Source: Puniceicoccaceae bacterium (GTDB taxonomy: Bacteria > Verrucomicrobiota > Verrucomicrobiia > Opitutales > Oceanipulchritudinaceae). From it: a DNA stretch of 64,000 nucleotides. Location: the NCBI GenBank assembly GCA_040830765.1, contig JBFOMH010000005.1, positions 1 through 64,000 on the forward strand. The letters run 5' to 3'. The notes under the pieces are model-generated. The model was not told where the DNA came from, did not search any database, and worked only from the letters and a program-made list of their open reading frames with translations. The position numbers and the translations under genes were made by a program. Shown here piece by piece: positions 48,016 through 57,082 of this stretch (its first letter is position 1; each line of letters opens with the position of its first letter).

Positions 48016-48483
48016 TCATTCAACACGGAGAATCGTTCCTGAGGCCCCGTTCGAAAGCGTATAGCTGTCTCCTTCAACTTTACCTGCCAAGGATGCCGCC
48101 AGCGGCGACTCCGGGGTGACCACCGTCACTTCCTGGTCCTCGATAATCAGTTCGGTCCCCCCGCAGCAGGGAAGGATGAATACCCACGATTTGTAGCCAT
48201 CAAAGTCGCATTTAACAAGGGCCCCCGTACCGATGGGCTTGTCGGTGAAGGATGCAGGAGAAAGGTCGTTCAGCAGCTTTGCCTGCTCGTTCATCGAATC
48301 AAACTGGGCCGCATATCCCCGGGCAAGGTAGGAGGCCTCCAGTCCCTGGGTATCCCATTTGCTTTCGGCCCGGGATTCGCTGTCGGTCGCTCCGGCCGCA
48401 GCCTGCTTGTTGGCCGCCTGTAACCGCTGAATCTCGGCTTTTAGCTGCTCCTTGAGGAGTTGGAGAATTTCCTGCTTATCCAT
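48016..48483 (-). CDS. GreA/GreB-family protein
   Basis: An N-terminal coiled coil with AESKWDT.GLEASYLA and a C-terminal VVTPESPLA..L.GK..GD. Confidence 0.78.
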   Translation of the reverse strand: MDKQEILQLLKEQLKAEIQRLQAANKQAAAGATDSESRAESKWDTQGLEASYLARGYAAQFDSMNEQAKLLNDLSPASFTDKPIGTGALVKCDFDGYKSWVFILPCCGGTELIIEDQEVTVVTPESPLAASLAGKVEGDSYTLSNGASGTILRVE

Positions 48484-48642
48484 CAATCGCAGGATAAACA
48501 GTTTACTGAAGGAATCAACTGCTTCAGGGGTAATCTTGACGGGCAACCGGGCTATTTACAGTAAGGCATCAACCGTGTTTATTGAAGAAGCCCAATCCGG
48601 TTCGATCAAGTAACCTTCCACACCATTATTTCCTAACATCCC

Positions 48643-49644
48643 ATGAAGTCCCAAGCTGTCGTTTTTACCGCCCCCAATACTGTCGAATTCCAGACTGTCG
48701 ATTGTCCGGACCCGGGTCCGGATGATGTGGTTATTCGGGTGACCCACTCATGGATCAGCAACGGTACAGAGGGTTCCTACCTGCGCGGAGAGCGGATTGC
48801 CGGGGACACCCCGCGGCGGGAAGGGGATCCGTGGCCCTTTCCGGTTGTATCTGGTTACCAGAAGGTAGGAACGGTGGAGGCTTTCGGGGAGGCAGTTACA
48901 GATCTGGCCGTTGGCGAGACGGTCTTTGCCATCTGTGGACAGGTGGAAAGGATGTTTGAGCGCTGTGCCGGGCATGTGAACCCGTCCATTACCAAGCGGA
49001 GCCAGGTTTACAAACTCCCTCCGGAACCGGACCCCCTCGCTTATTCCGGCCTCGTGCTGACCCAAGTCGGCTACAATTGCGGTATCCGGGCACCGATTGA
49101 GAAGGGCCAGGGTGCTGTTGTCATCGGGGACGGCCTGGTCGGCCAGTGGGCGGCGCAGACCCTGGCCTGGCGCGGGGCCGAGGTGATGCTGGTCGGCAAA
49201 CATGATGACCGGTTGAAGCACTTTGCCGATTATCCGGGAGCCCACCTGCACAACCTGAACGATGACCCGGACTGGATCGGCGCCGCCAATCGACTCTTCC
49301 CGGACAAGGCGACCGTCGCTGTTGATACCGTCGGCTCGTCAGAGGTCATGGACCGCTTTTTTGATGTCCTGCACCGCTTTGGGCATGCCATCAGTGCCGG
49401 CTTTTATGGAACCGAGGATATGATTGCCCTGCAGCCGTTGCGCTATGGGGAGCTTTCCATTCACTTGGTCTCCGGCGTCTGGCATCAGCGCATGGTGGAA
49501 ACCATTCCGCTCATCGAGGCGGGGCACCTGCAGACGCTGCCCCTTATCACCCATCACTTCCCTGCAACAGAAGCCGCCCGGGCATGGGAGTTGATCGAGA
49601 GCAAACGGGAACCGGTCCTGGGCGTCATTCTCGACTGGGAGTAA
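48643..49644 (+). CDS. MDR-superfamily dehydrogenase
   Basis: GroES-like domain with ISNGTE and GYQKVG, Rossmann GDGLVG and LITH.FP. Confidence 0.82.
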   Translation: MKSQAVVFTAPNTVEFQTVDCPDPGPDDVVIRVTHSWISNGTEGSYLRGERIAGDTPRREGDPWPFPVVSGYQKVGTVEAFGEAVTDLAVGETVFAICGQVERMFERCAGHVNPSITKRSQVYKLPPEPDPLAYSGLVLTQVGYNCGIRAPIEKGQGAVVIGDGLVGQWAAQTLAWRGAEVMLVGKHDDRLKHFADYPGAHLHNLNDDPDWIGAANRLFPDKATVAVDTVGSSEVMDRFFDVLHRFGHAISAGFYGTEDMIALQPLRYGELSIHLVSGVWHQRMVETIPLIEAGHLQTLPLITHHFPATEAARAWELIESKREPVLGVILDWE

Positions 49645-49648
49645 TGTC

Positions 49649-50620
49649 ATGATGAAATCTCTACAAATCACAACGCCCGGAAAGGCGGAAATCATCGAAC
49701 TGGAAAAGCCTCAGCCGGCAGCCGGGGAAGCCCTGGTGGCCATCGAGGCGGTTGCTACCTGTCCGCACTGGGACCGCCACATCTACGAGGGGGATCCCAT
49801 GTTCGAGGGTCACAAAATGGAATACCCCTACTGGCCAGGCCAACCGGGGCATGAGGCCATCGGACGAGTGGAAGCTGTTGGTGATGGGATTGATGAACAA
49901 CTTGTCGGCCGGCGGGTTGCTGTCTGGCGCGCGGCCCAACCTTACATGAACGGGCTCTATGCGACGCATGGAATTGTTGAATCAGAAAGGCTATTGCCCA
50001 TTGCGGAGGACCTTCCGGCAGAAAAGGTTACCTCCCTTGAGCTGGCCATGTGCGTCCAGGTCTCTATCGACCAGTTGAGTGAAATCAATGCCATTGCCAA
50101 AAAGCGGATCCTGCTCGGTGGTCTAGGACCAGGAGGCATTGTCGGACTGCAGCTGCTCAAGGCGGCTGGCGCCGCCGAAGTTGTGGCAATTGATCCGGTA
50201 GCCGAACGGCGTGAACTGGCCCTCCAACTGGGTGCGGTTGCCGCGGTCGCACCGGGCGACCCTCTGGTCAGTGTTTCCCGTTCCGGCCCGGATGCCTTTG
50301 ATGCCGCTCTCGACACAACGGGTCTGAAGGTTTCCATTGAGGCACTCATGCACGCCTGCAAACGGGCTGTAGCCATTTTCGGGGTTCTACGAGAAAACGT
50401 CTCCCTCGGCCCCGCCCAATGGTATGGCGGATTTTCCCTGATTGCCTACGGGGAGCACAACCGGGGAGCTGCTGAGCGGGCCTACCAGGCCATCCTTGAC
50501 GGTCAACTGGACCTCGCTCCCCTTTTCAGCAAGAAGATGCCCCTCTCGCAGTACAATGAGGCCGTTGCCCTTCTGCAATCAATGGAGGCCATCAAAGTGC
50601 TCTTTGACCCAAATGCCTGA
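49649..50620 (+). CDS. Zinc-binding MDR dehydrogenase
   Basis: Motifs TCPHWD, PGHEAIG and GLGPGG are present. Confidence 0.82.
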   Translation: MMKSLQITTPGKAEIIELEKPQPAAGEALVAIEAVATCPHWDRHIYEGDPMFEGHKMEYPYWPGQPGHEAIGRVEAVGDGIDEQLVGRRVAVWRAAQPYMNGLYATHGIVESERLLPIAEDLPAEKVTSLELAMCVQVSIDQLSEINAIAKKRILLGGLGPGGIVGLQLLKAAGAAEVVAIDPVAERRELALQLGAVAAVAPGDPLVSVSRSGPDAFDAALDTTGLKVSIEALMHACKRAVAIFGVLRENVSLGPAQWYGGFSLIAYGEHNRGAAERAYQAILDGQLDLAPLFSKKMPLSQYNEAVALLQSMEAIKVLFDPNA

Positions 50621-50621
50621 T

Positions 50622-51812
50622 TCAGGCAACGGATTCTTCATCCCGGATTAACTGGCTTACTCCAAGGGAAACAAGGGCCAGGATGGCCCCGAAGACGAAT
50701 ATCACCTGGTAGCCAAAAAAGTACCATGCAAAGCCGCCAATCAGGGGGGCGAGAACTGAGGAGACATGGTTCCACGTCACGCCCATGGAGAGCGTCGGCT
50801 TGATGTCCTCTGGCAAGGCAATCCGGTTGATGTAAGTGGTCAGGGCGATACCGCCGACGAACAGGAGGTTGTCCACGCAATAGAGCGCATAGAGGACCGG
50901 CCGGTACTCAATGAAGGCATAACCCAGGAATACCCCGGCCAAACCGACATAACTCCAGCTGAGACAGGTCCGCTCGCCAAATCGATCGACCAGGCGGCCC
51001 ATGGTCGGACCGGTCAGGGTGACCAGGGTCTGGTTGATGAGGACCAGCACCATCGTCGTCTGCACCGGCATGCCATGGACCTTGACCAGCGCGAAAATGG
51101 CAAAGGTGATGAACATTTGCTTGCGCCAGCCCTGGAGAAACTGGAGGGCGTAATAGACTGCGTAGCGGCGTTTCATGACAAAGGCCCGCTCCACCCCGGA
51201 GGCCCGTTTGCGGCTGGCAAAGAAGATGGCACCGCCGCCGAGGCAGGCAACAATTCCCGCCATGACAAAGAGCCCGTTGTAGCCAAAGGTATCGAACAGG
51301 AGAATCGCCGCGATGATCGTCACCAGCCAGGCAAAGCTCTCCACGCTACGCAGCTGACCCAGCCAGCGTCCCTTCTTGCCCGCCGGGGAATACAATAGCG
51401 CCATATTCTGGCTCAACGGGACCCAGCAATGAAAACCGATACTCCAGACCACCGAACAAATAATCAATCCAGTCAATGTCGTCACTGTGGCATAACCGGC
51501 AATGCCCAATCCCAGAATAACGAGACAGGCGGCTGCAGTCAGCGGTGGATAGACAGCCACCACAATGGCCAGGAAGGCAAAATTGAGAAAGCCCGGAACC
51601 TCCCGCAGCGCTTCCATGTAGCCAAGTTCGTGAGCTTCAATTCCCAATCGCTCGACGATGAAGTTGTTGAAGAGGGTCAACTGGACCCCAAAAAACACCC
51701 CCACCGAGGCCATCGCCAACGCCAGTAGGGTGAAATCCCGGTTCCATTCGCGGAAAAAGCTCAAACCCGGCCGGCTGCCTGGCACCGCTTGTGGAATCCG
51801 TCCTGACTTCAT
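50622..51812 (-). CDS. MFS transporter
   Basis: About 12 hydrophobic segments and the MFS motif GRLVDRFGER. Confidence 0.85.
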   Translation of the reverse strand: MKSGRIPQAVPGSRPGLSFFREWNRDFTLLALAMASVGVFFGVQLTLFNNFIVERLGIEAHELGYMEALREVPGFLNFAFLAIVVAVYPPLTAAACLVILGLGIAGYATVTTLTGLIICSVVWSIGFHCWVPLSQNMALLYSPAGKKGRWLGQLRSVESFAWLVTIIAAILLFDTFGYNGLFVMAGIVACLGGGAIFFASRKRASGVERAFVMKRRYAVYYALQFLQGWRKQMFITFAIFALVKVHGMPVQTTMVLVLINQTLVTLTGPTMGRLVDRFGERTCLSWSYVGLAGVFLGYAFIEYRPVLYALYCVDNLLFVGGIALTTYINRIALPEDIKPTLSMGVTWNHVSSVLAPLIGGFAWYFFGYQVIFVFGAILALVSLGVSQLIRDEESVA

Positions 51813-51837
51813 CCAATGAGGATTGCCCTAAATTTGC

Positions 51838-54255
51838 CTAATGTAAAGGCAGGCCTGCCCATTCACCATCCACCGGGACTTCGGAATCCACAAACGTCTG
51901 GCCGCTGACGTGCAGCTGAGTGGCCCCCGTGGCGCTAACCCAGACCGGCTGCCCATCCCGCTGGTGCACGATGGCATAGGTGAAGGATCCGGAAACCGCT
52001 CCGGCCTCAATAGCCGTCCCATCGGAAAAGATGTGCAGGTCCTCCTCGTTGCCGATGCTGACGCGGCACAGGAGGACATCGGGGTTTTTCGAGTGGCGGT
52101 TCCAGGTAAGGCGTGGCGACTCATCGGGTGAGTCCTCCTTCGTCGGGTAAATAAGCACAGCCATACGGTCCTGTAGTGGATTTCCGCTACTGCCTTTTCT
52201 GAAGGTTATCCAGTCAATATCCCGGCTGGGTGGCTCACCGGGAAGCTCCCCTAGCCCCGCCGGGCCCGTGCGGTGGAATCGTTCTGTTGCTTCCTGTTCC
52301 GAGTCGGGAAGAATGAGCTGCACTCCGGGTGTTTCAGTGGAGGCAAACCCGTAATCGGTCTCTTGCAGGCTCAAGGGCGTGTGGAACTGCCAGTCGAGCG
52401 CCTTGCCCGCATGGGGCGTCTCCACCTCGTCGACAAGGAGCCAGTAGTGGCCCCGGCGAAAGGCAAAGTGGCGCCGGTGAAGGGTGTCATGATAGCGCTG
52501 ATACCCACTGTGGGTTGCGGCAAAATAATCCATGTGCTCCTGGGTCGACCAGGCAAGGTCAAGGCCTTCAACGTTCCGCTTCATGGGGTTGGCCTCTGCC
52601 ACCATGAGCATATTGTGTGCCTTGGCCTGTTTGTACCAGGAAACATGGACGGGGTCGACATATCCCGTCGGCCCAATGGCCGCATCAAGCGCAATGGGAA
52701 TGCCATTGGCGTAGGCTTCAAAGTCGAGAATGTCGTAGTGCCCGTGGTTCTGGAACGGACCGTAGTTGATCTTCATGAAATAGGCGTCCCGGGCCCACCC
52801 TTCCCGCATGACCACGAAATGGCTGCTGGGGAAGAGCTCGGAGGTCGTATCCGGTAGCTCCGGCTCGATGCCGGTGGCCTTCCACTTCTCCTCCGGGACA
52901 ACATGCATGAGCGGACCAATGAAGTCCCCGCGGTTGAAGAACTTCCCCATGTCGACAAGAAGCCCCGCAAAGATGAGGCTGCGGCGGCTGTCGTTGAAGG
53001 GCACATTCACACCCAGTGGCGAAAGTGTCCGCGAGGTGAACTCCATCAGCTTCTCCAGCCGCGGAAGATAGGTCTCGAGCAAACTGGTATCGTCCTCGGC
53101 GTATTTCCAGAGCAGCATGTAGCGATAGAACATGCCAAAGACAAAACTGGTGTAGCTGCCCGTCCGCTCCACATAGCCGCCATCGTCGAAAATGTCCTCC
53201 TGGAAATGCTGGATCATGTTGGCCCGGCTCGTCGCCAGCCAGTCACCGGATTCCTTGAACTCCGGATAAAGGAGCGCCAGATAGGTCTGGGTCATGGCGG
53301 TCTGGGTCTGCCAGTTGTAGGGATGGAAGGGAGTTTGCTCAAGGCATTGGTGCATCCAGCGCCCGGCTCCGAGAAGGTATTTCAGCATCTGTACATGCGT
53401 TTCCGGGGAAAGCTCCGCCCCCATCGCCCGCATGGCATCGATGAACCGGGGCGTCCGCACCCCGAGTCCCAGCTCGTACCAGACCACATTCCGGACCTTT
53501 ACCCCCGGACCGGTCTCTTGTGCTTGAATTTCGTTGCGCTGCGCATACCACTGCTTGAAAAGCGATTCGAAGGCCTCCGCATAACGCTCCTCCCCGGTTG
53601 CCACCCAGGCGGTCACGAGGTCCGTGACAAAGTGCAGGTAATGAAAGCCGTACTTCGACCGGTCCGTCCAATTGACGTTGTAATCCACTTCCCAGCCAAA
53701 ATAGCGCCCGGCCAGTGTGTACCCGCGTTCCGGATCCACGACCGCGTCGCCAGCGGCCCGGACAGCCGCCAGTCTCGCCGGATCCGCCTCCAGTTGCTGA
53801 CGGAATTCCTCTGTAGTGAGGAAAGGAATATTGGCCGCCCGGTCGTAGTGGTACAAACGCCCAATGTCCTCCCGCTGCACAAACCAGGCTTTCACCTTTT
53901 CCGGGGAAAGGGTCCCGTCCGCCTTCATAAAACGCTCCGCATCCGTCAGCGAGGCCAGCAGCTCCGCGTCCGATATCTCGGTAATCTTGTCCCGGAAGTA
54001 ATCCGCATCCAGGTACACATCGTGCCATTCCGACAGGTGCAGCCCAACGTCCACATCCGACCGATCCCCGTTTTCCACCACCTCATTGCACAGGGGACAA
54101 CGCCACTGCCCGTCATCCAGATAAATGTCGGAATACTTGGTGACCACCGGCCCCGTAGGCTCCGCCCCGACTGTCCCGGCACACAGGAACATTGAAACCA
54201 ACGGCAGTAACCCAAAAACCGCCCGAAAACACGCTTTCTTGCTCAATTCGCCCAT
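51838..54255 (-). CDS. Secreted heparinase II/III-family polysaccharide lyase
   Basis: Signal peptide, then WYELGLGVR, NWQ, DGGYVERTGSY, PFNDS, HGHYD.L.F, AHN and HRR motifs. Confidence 0.82.
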   Translation of the reverse strand: MGELSKKACFRAVFGLLPLVSMFLCAGTVGAEPTGPVVTKYSDIYLDDGQWRCPLCNEVVENGDRSDVDVGLHLSEWHDVYLDADYFRDKITEISDAELLASLTDAERFMKADGTLSPEKVKAWFVQREDIGRLYHYDRAANIPFLTTEEFRQQLEADPARLAAVRAAGDAVVDPERGYTLAGRYFGWEVDYNVNWTDRSKYGFHYLHFVTDLVTAWVATGEERYAEAFESLFKQWYAQRNEIQAQETGPGVKVRNVVWYELGLGVRTPRFIDAMRAMGAELSPETHVQMLKYLLGAGRWMHQCLEQTPFHPYNWQTQTAMTQTYLALLYPEFKESGDWLATSRANMIQHFQEDIFDDGGYVERTGSYTSFVFGMFYRYMLLWKYAEDDTSLLETYLPRLEKLMEFTSRTLSPLGVNVPFNDSRRSLIFAGLLVDMGKFFNRGDFIGPLMHVVPEEKWKATGIEPELPDTTSELFPSSHFVVMREGWARDAYFMKINYGPFQNHGHYDILDFEAYANGIPIALDAAIGPTGYVDPVHVSWYKQAKAHNMLMVAEANPMKRNVEGLDLAWSTQEHMDYFAATHSGYQRYHDTLHRRHFAFRRGHYWLLVDEVETPHAGKALDWQFHTPLSLQETDYGFASTETPGVQLILPDSEQEATERFHRTGPAGLGELPGEPPSRDIDWITFRKGSSGNPLQDRMAVLIYPTKEDSPDESPRLTWNRHSKNPDVLLCRVSIGNEEDLHIFSDGTAIEAGAVSGSFTYAIVHQRDGQPVWVSATGATQLHVSGQTFVDSEVPVDGEWAGLPLH

Positions 54256-54337
54256 GCCTGAATTTAAATCCCGCCCGGAAATGCCTAACAAATCCTAATC
54301 TGCTGGCCTGTAAAGCAGTCGCGACGGGCGGTATCAC

Positions 54338-54373
54338 TTGACAAGTTATATTACATAATTATGTTACATATAT
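54338..54373 (+). promoter_or_regulatory. vapBC promoter with palindromic operator
   Basis: TTGACA lies at 54338 and the palindrome ACATAATTATGT at 54353-54364. There is no SD before ATG 54374, so the mRNA may be leaderless. Confidence 0.6.
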
Positions 54374-54628
54374 ATGCGGACAACACTTGTGTTAAATGAC
54401 GAACTAGTTGCGGAAGCGAAACGGAAAGCCGCCGATCGCCGGGTTTCGCTCAGTACCATTGTCAACGAAGCTCTACGGAACGCTTTGCAGGATCCGCCCG
54501 CCGAAGCGGAGAAAACCCCTTTCTCGATGCCAACTTATCGACCTAGGAAAGCAGCGGTTACCGACCTTTCCCCCGGAGACATGAACCAGTTATTGGCGGC
54601 AGAAGAGGCAGCCCCCTATCACAAATGA
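54374..54628 (+). CDS. vapB: VapB-type antitoxin (RHH)
   Basis: MRTTLVLNDELVAEAKRKA..SLSTIVNEALR; it overlaps the toxin gene by ATGA. Confidence 0.85.
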   Translation: MRTTLVLNDELVAEAKRKAADRRVSLSTIVNEALRNALQDPPAEAEKTPFSMPTYRPRKAAVTDLSPGDMNQLLAAEEAAPYHK

Positions 54629-55062
54629 TCCTCTTCGACATCAACGTCCTGGTCTACGCGCACCGGGAAGATCAGGAACATCATGCGTATTTCCGATCTC
54701 GACTGGAAACAATCGTCGGGGGAGACAATCCATTCGGCCTGACTCCCCTTACTGCCGGTGGATTTATCCGAATAGTGACCCAACCGGCCTTTCCGAATGG
54801 CCCGACTCCCCTCCCGCAGGCCTTGTCCGTGATCGATTCCCTCCTCTCCCATCCGCGGGGACACATGATCCAGCCAGGCCGCCGCCATTGGGAAATCTTC
54901 TCCCAGCTCTGCCGCCAGACCCAGGCCAGCGGGAAGTCGGTTGCGGATGCCCAGCACGCGGCTGTCGCCATCGAACATGCCGCCACCTGGATTACCCGCG
55001 ACAAGGACTTCGCTCGCTTCACCGAACACGGTTTGAAATGGCAGCATTGGTCGCCAACTTGA
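54625..55062 (+). CDS. vapC: VapC PIN-domain toxin
   Basis: Motifs DINVLVYA, F.RIVT.P, DAQHAAVAIEH and TRDKDFARF are present. Confidence 0.9.
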   Translation: MILFDINVLVYAHREDQEHHAYFRSRLETIVGGDNPFGLTPLTAGGFIRIVTQPAFPNGPTPLPQALSVIDSLLSHPRGHMIQPGRRHWEIFSQLCRQTQASGKSVADAQHAAVAIEHAATWITRDKDFARFTEHGLKWQHWSPT

Positions 55063-55072
55063 TGATTCTGTT

Positions 55073-55203
55073 GGCTTGCCATCCGAAGCCCGCACGGCGA
55101 AGGATGCCCGCGCTTCGTTCCACCCTGCGGGACTTCGCAGGGCACTCTCGCTCAAACATCACTCCTGGGTGGCTGCGCCATGCGTAGCTCGCAGAGCGAA
55201 GCA

Positions 55204-55206
<3 letters not shown>
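55073..55206. repeat. Degenerate palindromic repeat pair directly 3' of the tRNA
   Basis: GGCTTGCCATCCGAAGCCCGCACGGCGAAGGATG (55073) resembles GGCTGCGCCATGCGTAGCTCGCAGAGCGAAGCATG (55171). Confidence 0.55.
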
Positions 55207-55279
<73 letters not shown>

Positions 55280-55341
55280 GTCAGGAAGGCAATATCTGTG
55301 GCGGAGAAGTGGGTCGGGTCAAGCTTTTGCGGAGGTGTTAT

Positions 55342-56472
55342 TCACTCTGGCCCGGCGAAGCGGAACCACTTCACATTGGCATCAGGTACGGGAATGGTCA
55401 CGGACATCGTCTCGCCGGTGTCGGCCCACTCGGTCAGGTTGTCACTCTGCTCCAGCTTCATCTCAATGGTGGCTTGCCCGTCGATTACCTCGATCATGGT
55501 ACTGCCGGGACGCAGGTCCGCAATTTCGGAGAGGGTGTATTCGTTGGCTAGGGCCTCTTGGTAGAAGTCCAATCTTTCATTTGCTTGATTTAAAAGAGCT
55601 CGAATGCTGTCAAGTCGCTCTGAAAGCAAGTACGCCGGAGTTCCCCAAGTCCAACTCACATTGGTCAATATAGCTCTGTTAAAATTAGCATTATTATAAC
55701 TGGCGCCATAAAAATCGGCCCCTGTGAAGTCGGTCCTCTGCAGGACTGCATAGGAGAGGTCAGCATTGGAAAGGTCTGCACCAACAAGCATTGCACTTTC
55801 CATTCGAGCGGTTGTGAAGTTTGCTTTGGTAAGATTAGCAAATGACAAATTGGCGCCAGTTAAAGTAGCATTCCATAAATCGGCTTCAACTAAGTCAGCG
55901 TACTCCAGATTCGCACCATTAAGTATAGCCTTCCTAAGGCTGCTTTTACTCAGTTTGATCCTTTCAAGCTGGGCATTAGTGAAATTAACTTCTTCCAGCG
56001 TCGTATTACTTAAGTCTGCATCTCGTAGATCAGCTCCGGGTCCAATCAAATGGCCGTCAAATAGATCGGCCCCTTCACCAAGATCGCGAGGAAACACCAA
56101 AGTCCAGTCAACTGGCAAAGCAAGGGGAGTTCCAATTAGTTGACTGGAAGTTATCCTATACAAATTCGCTCCTCTAAAATTTGTTCCATTTACTACTGCA
56201 GCTCTTATGAGCACTCCTGATAGATCGGCGTTGCCAAGATCAACATTTGTTAAATTGGCTCCGGTTAAATCGGCATTGGAGAGGTTAATCCCAACCAGAT
56301 TCACCCCTGCCTGAATATCAATGCCGTCGTAGGGATGGGGATTTCCATTTCTGTCCAGGAGTTCTACCCAGAGGCCCCGTAAGTTCTTATAGCGGGCGGC
56401 TTGCAGATTGATGGCACCGAACAGAGCAATTCCTATCAATACCCACCTCACTAGAATACTGCACTTGGCCAT
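55342..56472 (-). CDS. Secreted pentapeptide-repeat protein with modular C-terminal domain
   Basis: The signal peptide ends LQA. Many A(D/N)L(S/T)x repeats follow, then a coiled segment and the C-terminal YTLSEIADLRPGSTMI...WFRF. Confidence 0.85.
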   Translation of the reverse strand: MAKCSILVRWVLIGIALFGAINLQAARYKNLRGLWVELLDRNGNPHPYDGIDIQAGVNLVGINLSNADLTGANLTNVDLGNADLSGVLIRAAVVNGTNFRGANLYRITSSQLIGTPLALPVDWTLVFPRDLGEGADLFDGHLIGPGADLRDADLSNTTLEEVNFTNAQLERIKLSKSSLRKAILNGANLEYADLVEADLWNATLTGANLSFANLTKANFTTARMESAMLVGADLSNADLSYAVLQRTDFTGADFYGASYNNANFNRAILTNVSWTWGTPAYLLSERLDSIRALLNQANERLDFYQEALANEYTLSEIADLRPGSTMIEVIDGQATIEMKLEQSDNLTEWADTGETMSVTIPVPDANVKWFRFAGPE

Positions 56473-57082
56473 GAATTCTTAAGGAAAATTAATCCTACCA
56501 AGTCAATTAACTAATCACGCAAACTCCCGCAGGGAAAGCCTTACACAGATGCTGCTGAGGGGCCTTTATTGACCTGAATATGAAAGTCACATGCGCCATC
56601 AGAACCATTTTTCGTCGTAGGAACCCCGTCCCAACACCCTGACCGTCCTTTGCTCCTCAAGTTATCCCTTAAGGGCATCTACACTCCTACAGTGGTGTTA
56701 CTATGTTGAGTATTTGTTGCCCAAGCTACCCCGCTGGCCTGCCAGAGGCTCTTTTTTTGGTGTAGATTTACCCGTTTTCTTTTAATGCTTTTCCCGCATT
56801 TTCTGGTGCCTACCCTCACGAAATCCTTATTATTACTGTCCCAGCGGGCGGATGACTTGATTTGGGGTGTGAGGACGGGGCGATTATTTATGCCAGAAAT
56901 AAAGGGTATCCAGTCGGCTTCAGGAGGCAGTGGAAGAGCTCCATCTTATGGCAGAAATAGGCCCGCCTCATTACCCCCCCCACCCAACTATGTTTTTGAC
57001 AATATTAGCCCCCATTGATAGAAAGCCATGTCCCCCGGAGGAAATGCATACCCAGTAGATTCAATATAGGGAGGGAACGATA

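Noticed and set aside
52903..54195. 430-aa plus-strand ORF
   Set aside because: It is an antisense shadow of the heparinase gene with no recognisable motifs.
56510..56570. c-di-GMP-I riboswitch-like words (GCAAAC...GGAAAGCC)
   Set aside because: The GNRA-capped P2 and the GACGCAAAGC core are not properly formed, and the element is far from the next same-strand gene. An Rfam scan would settle it.
56785..57018. 77-aa ORF in the long intergenic gap
   Set aside because: It has no RBS, no recognisable motif and atypical composition, so it is probably non-coding.
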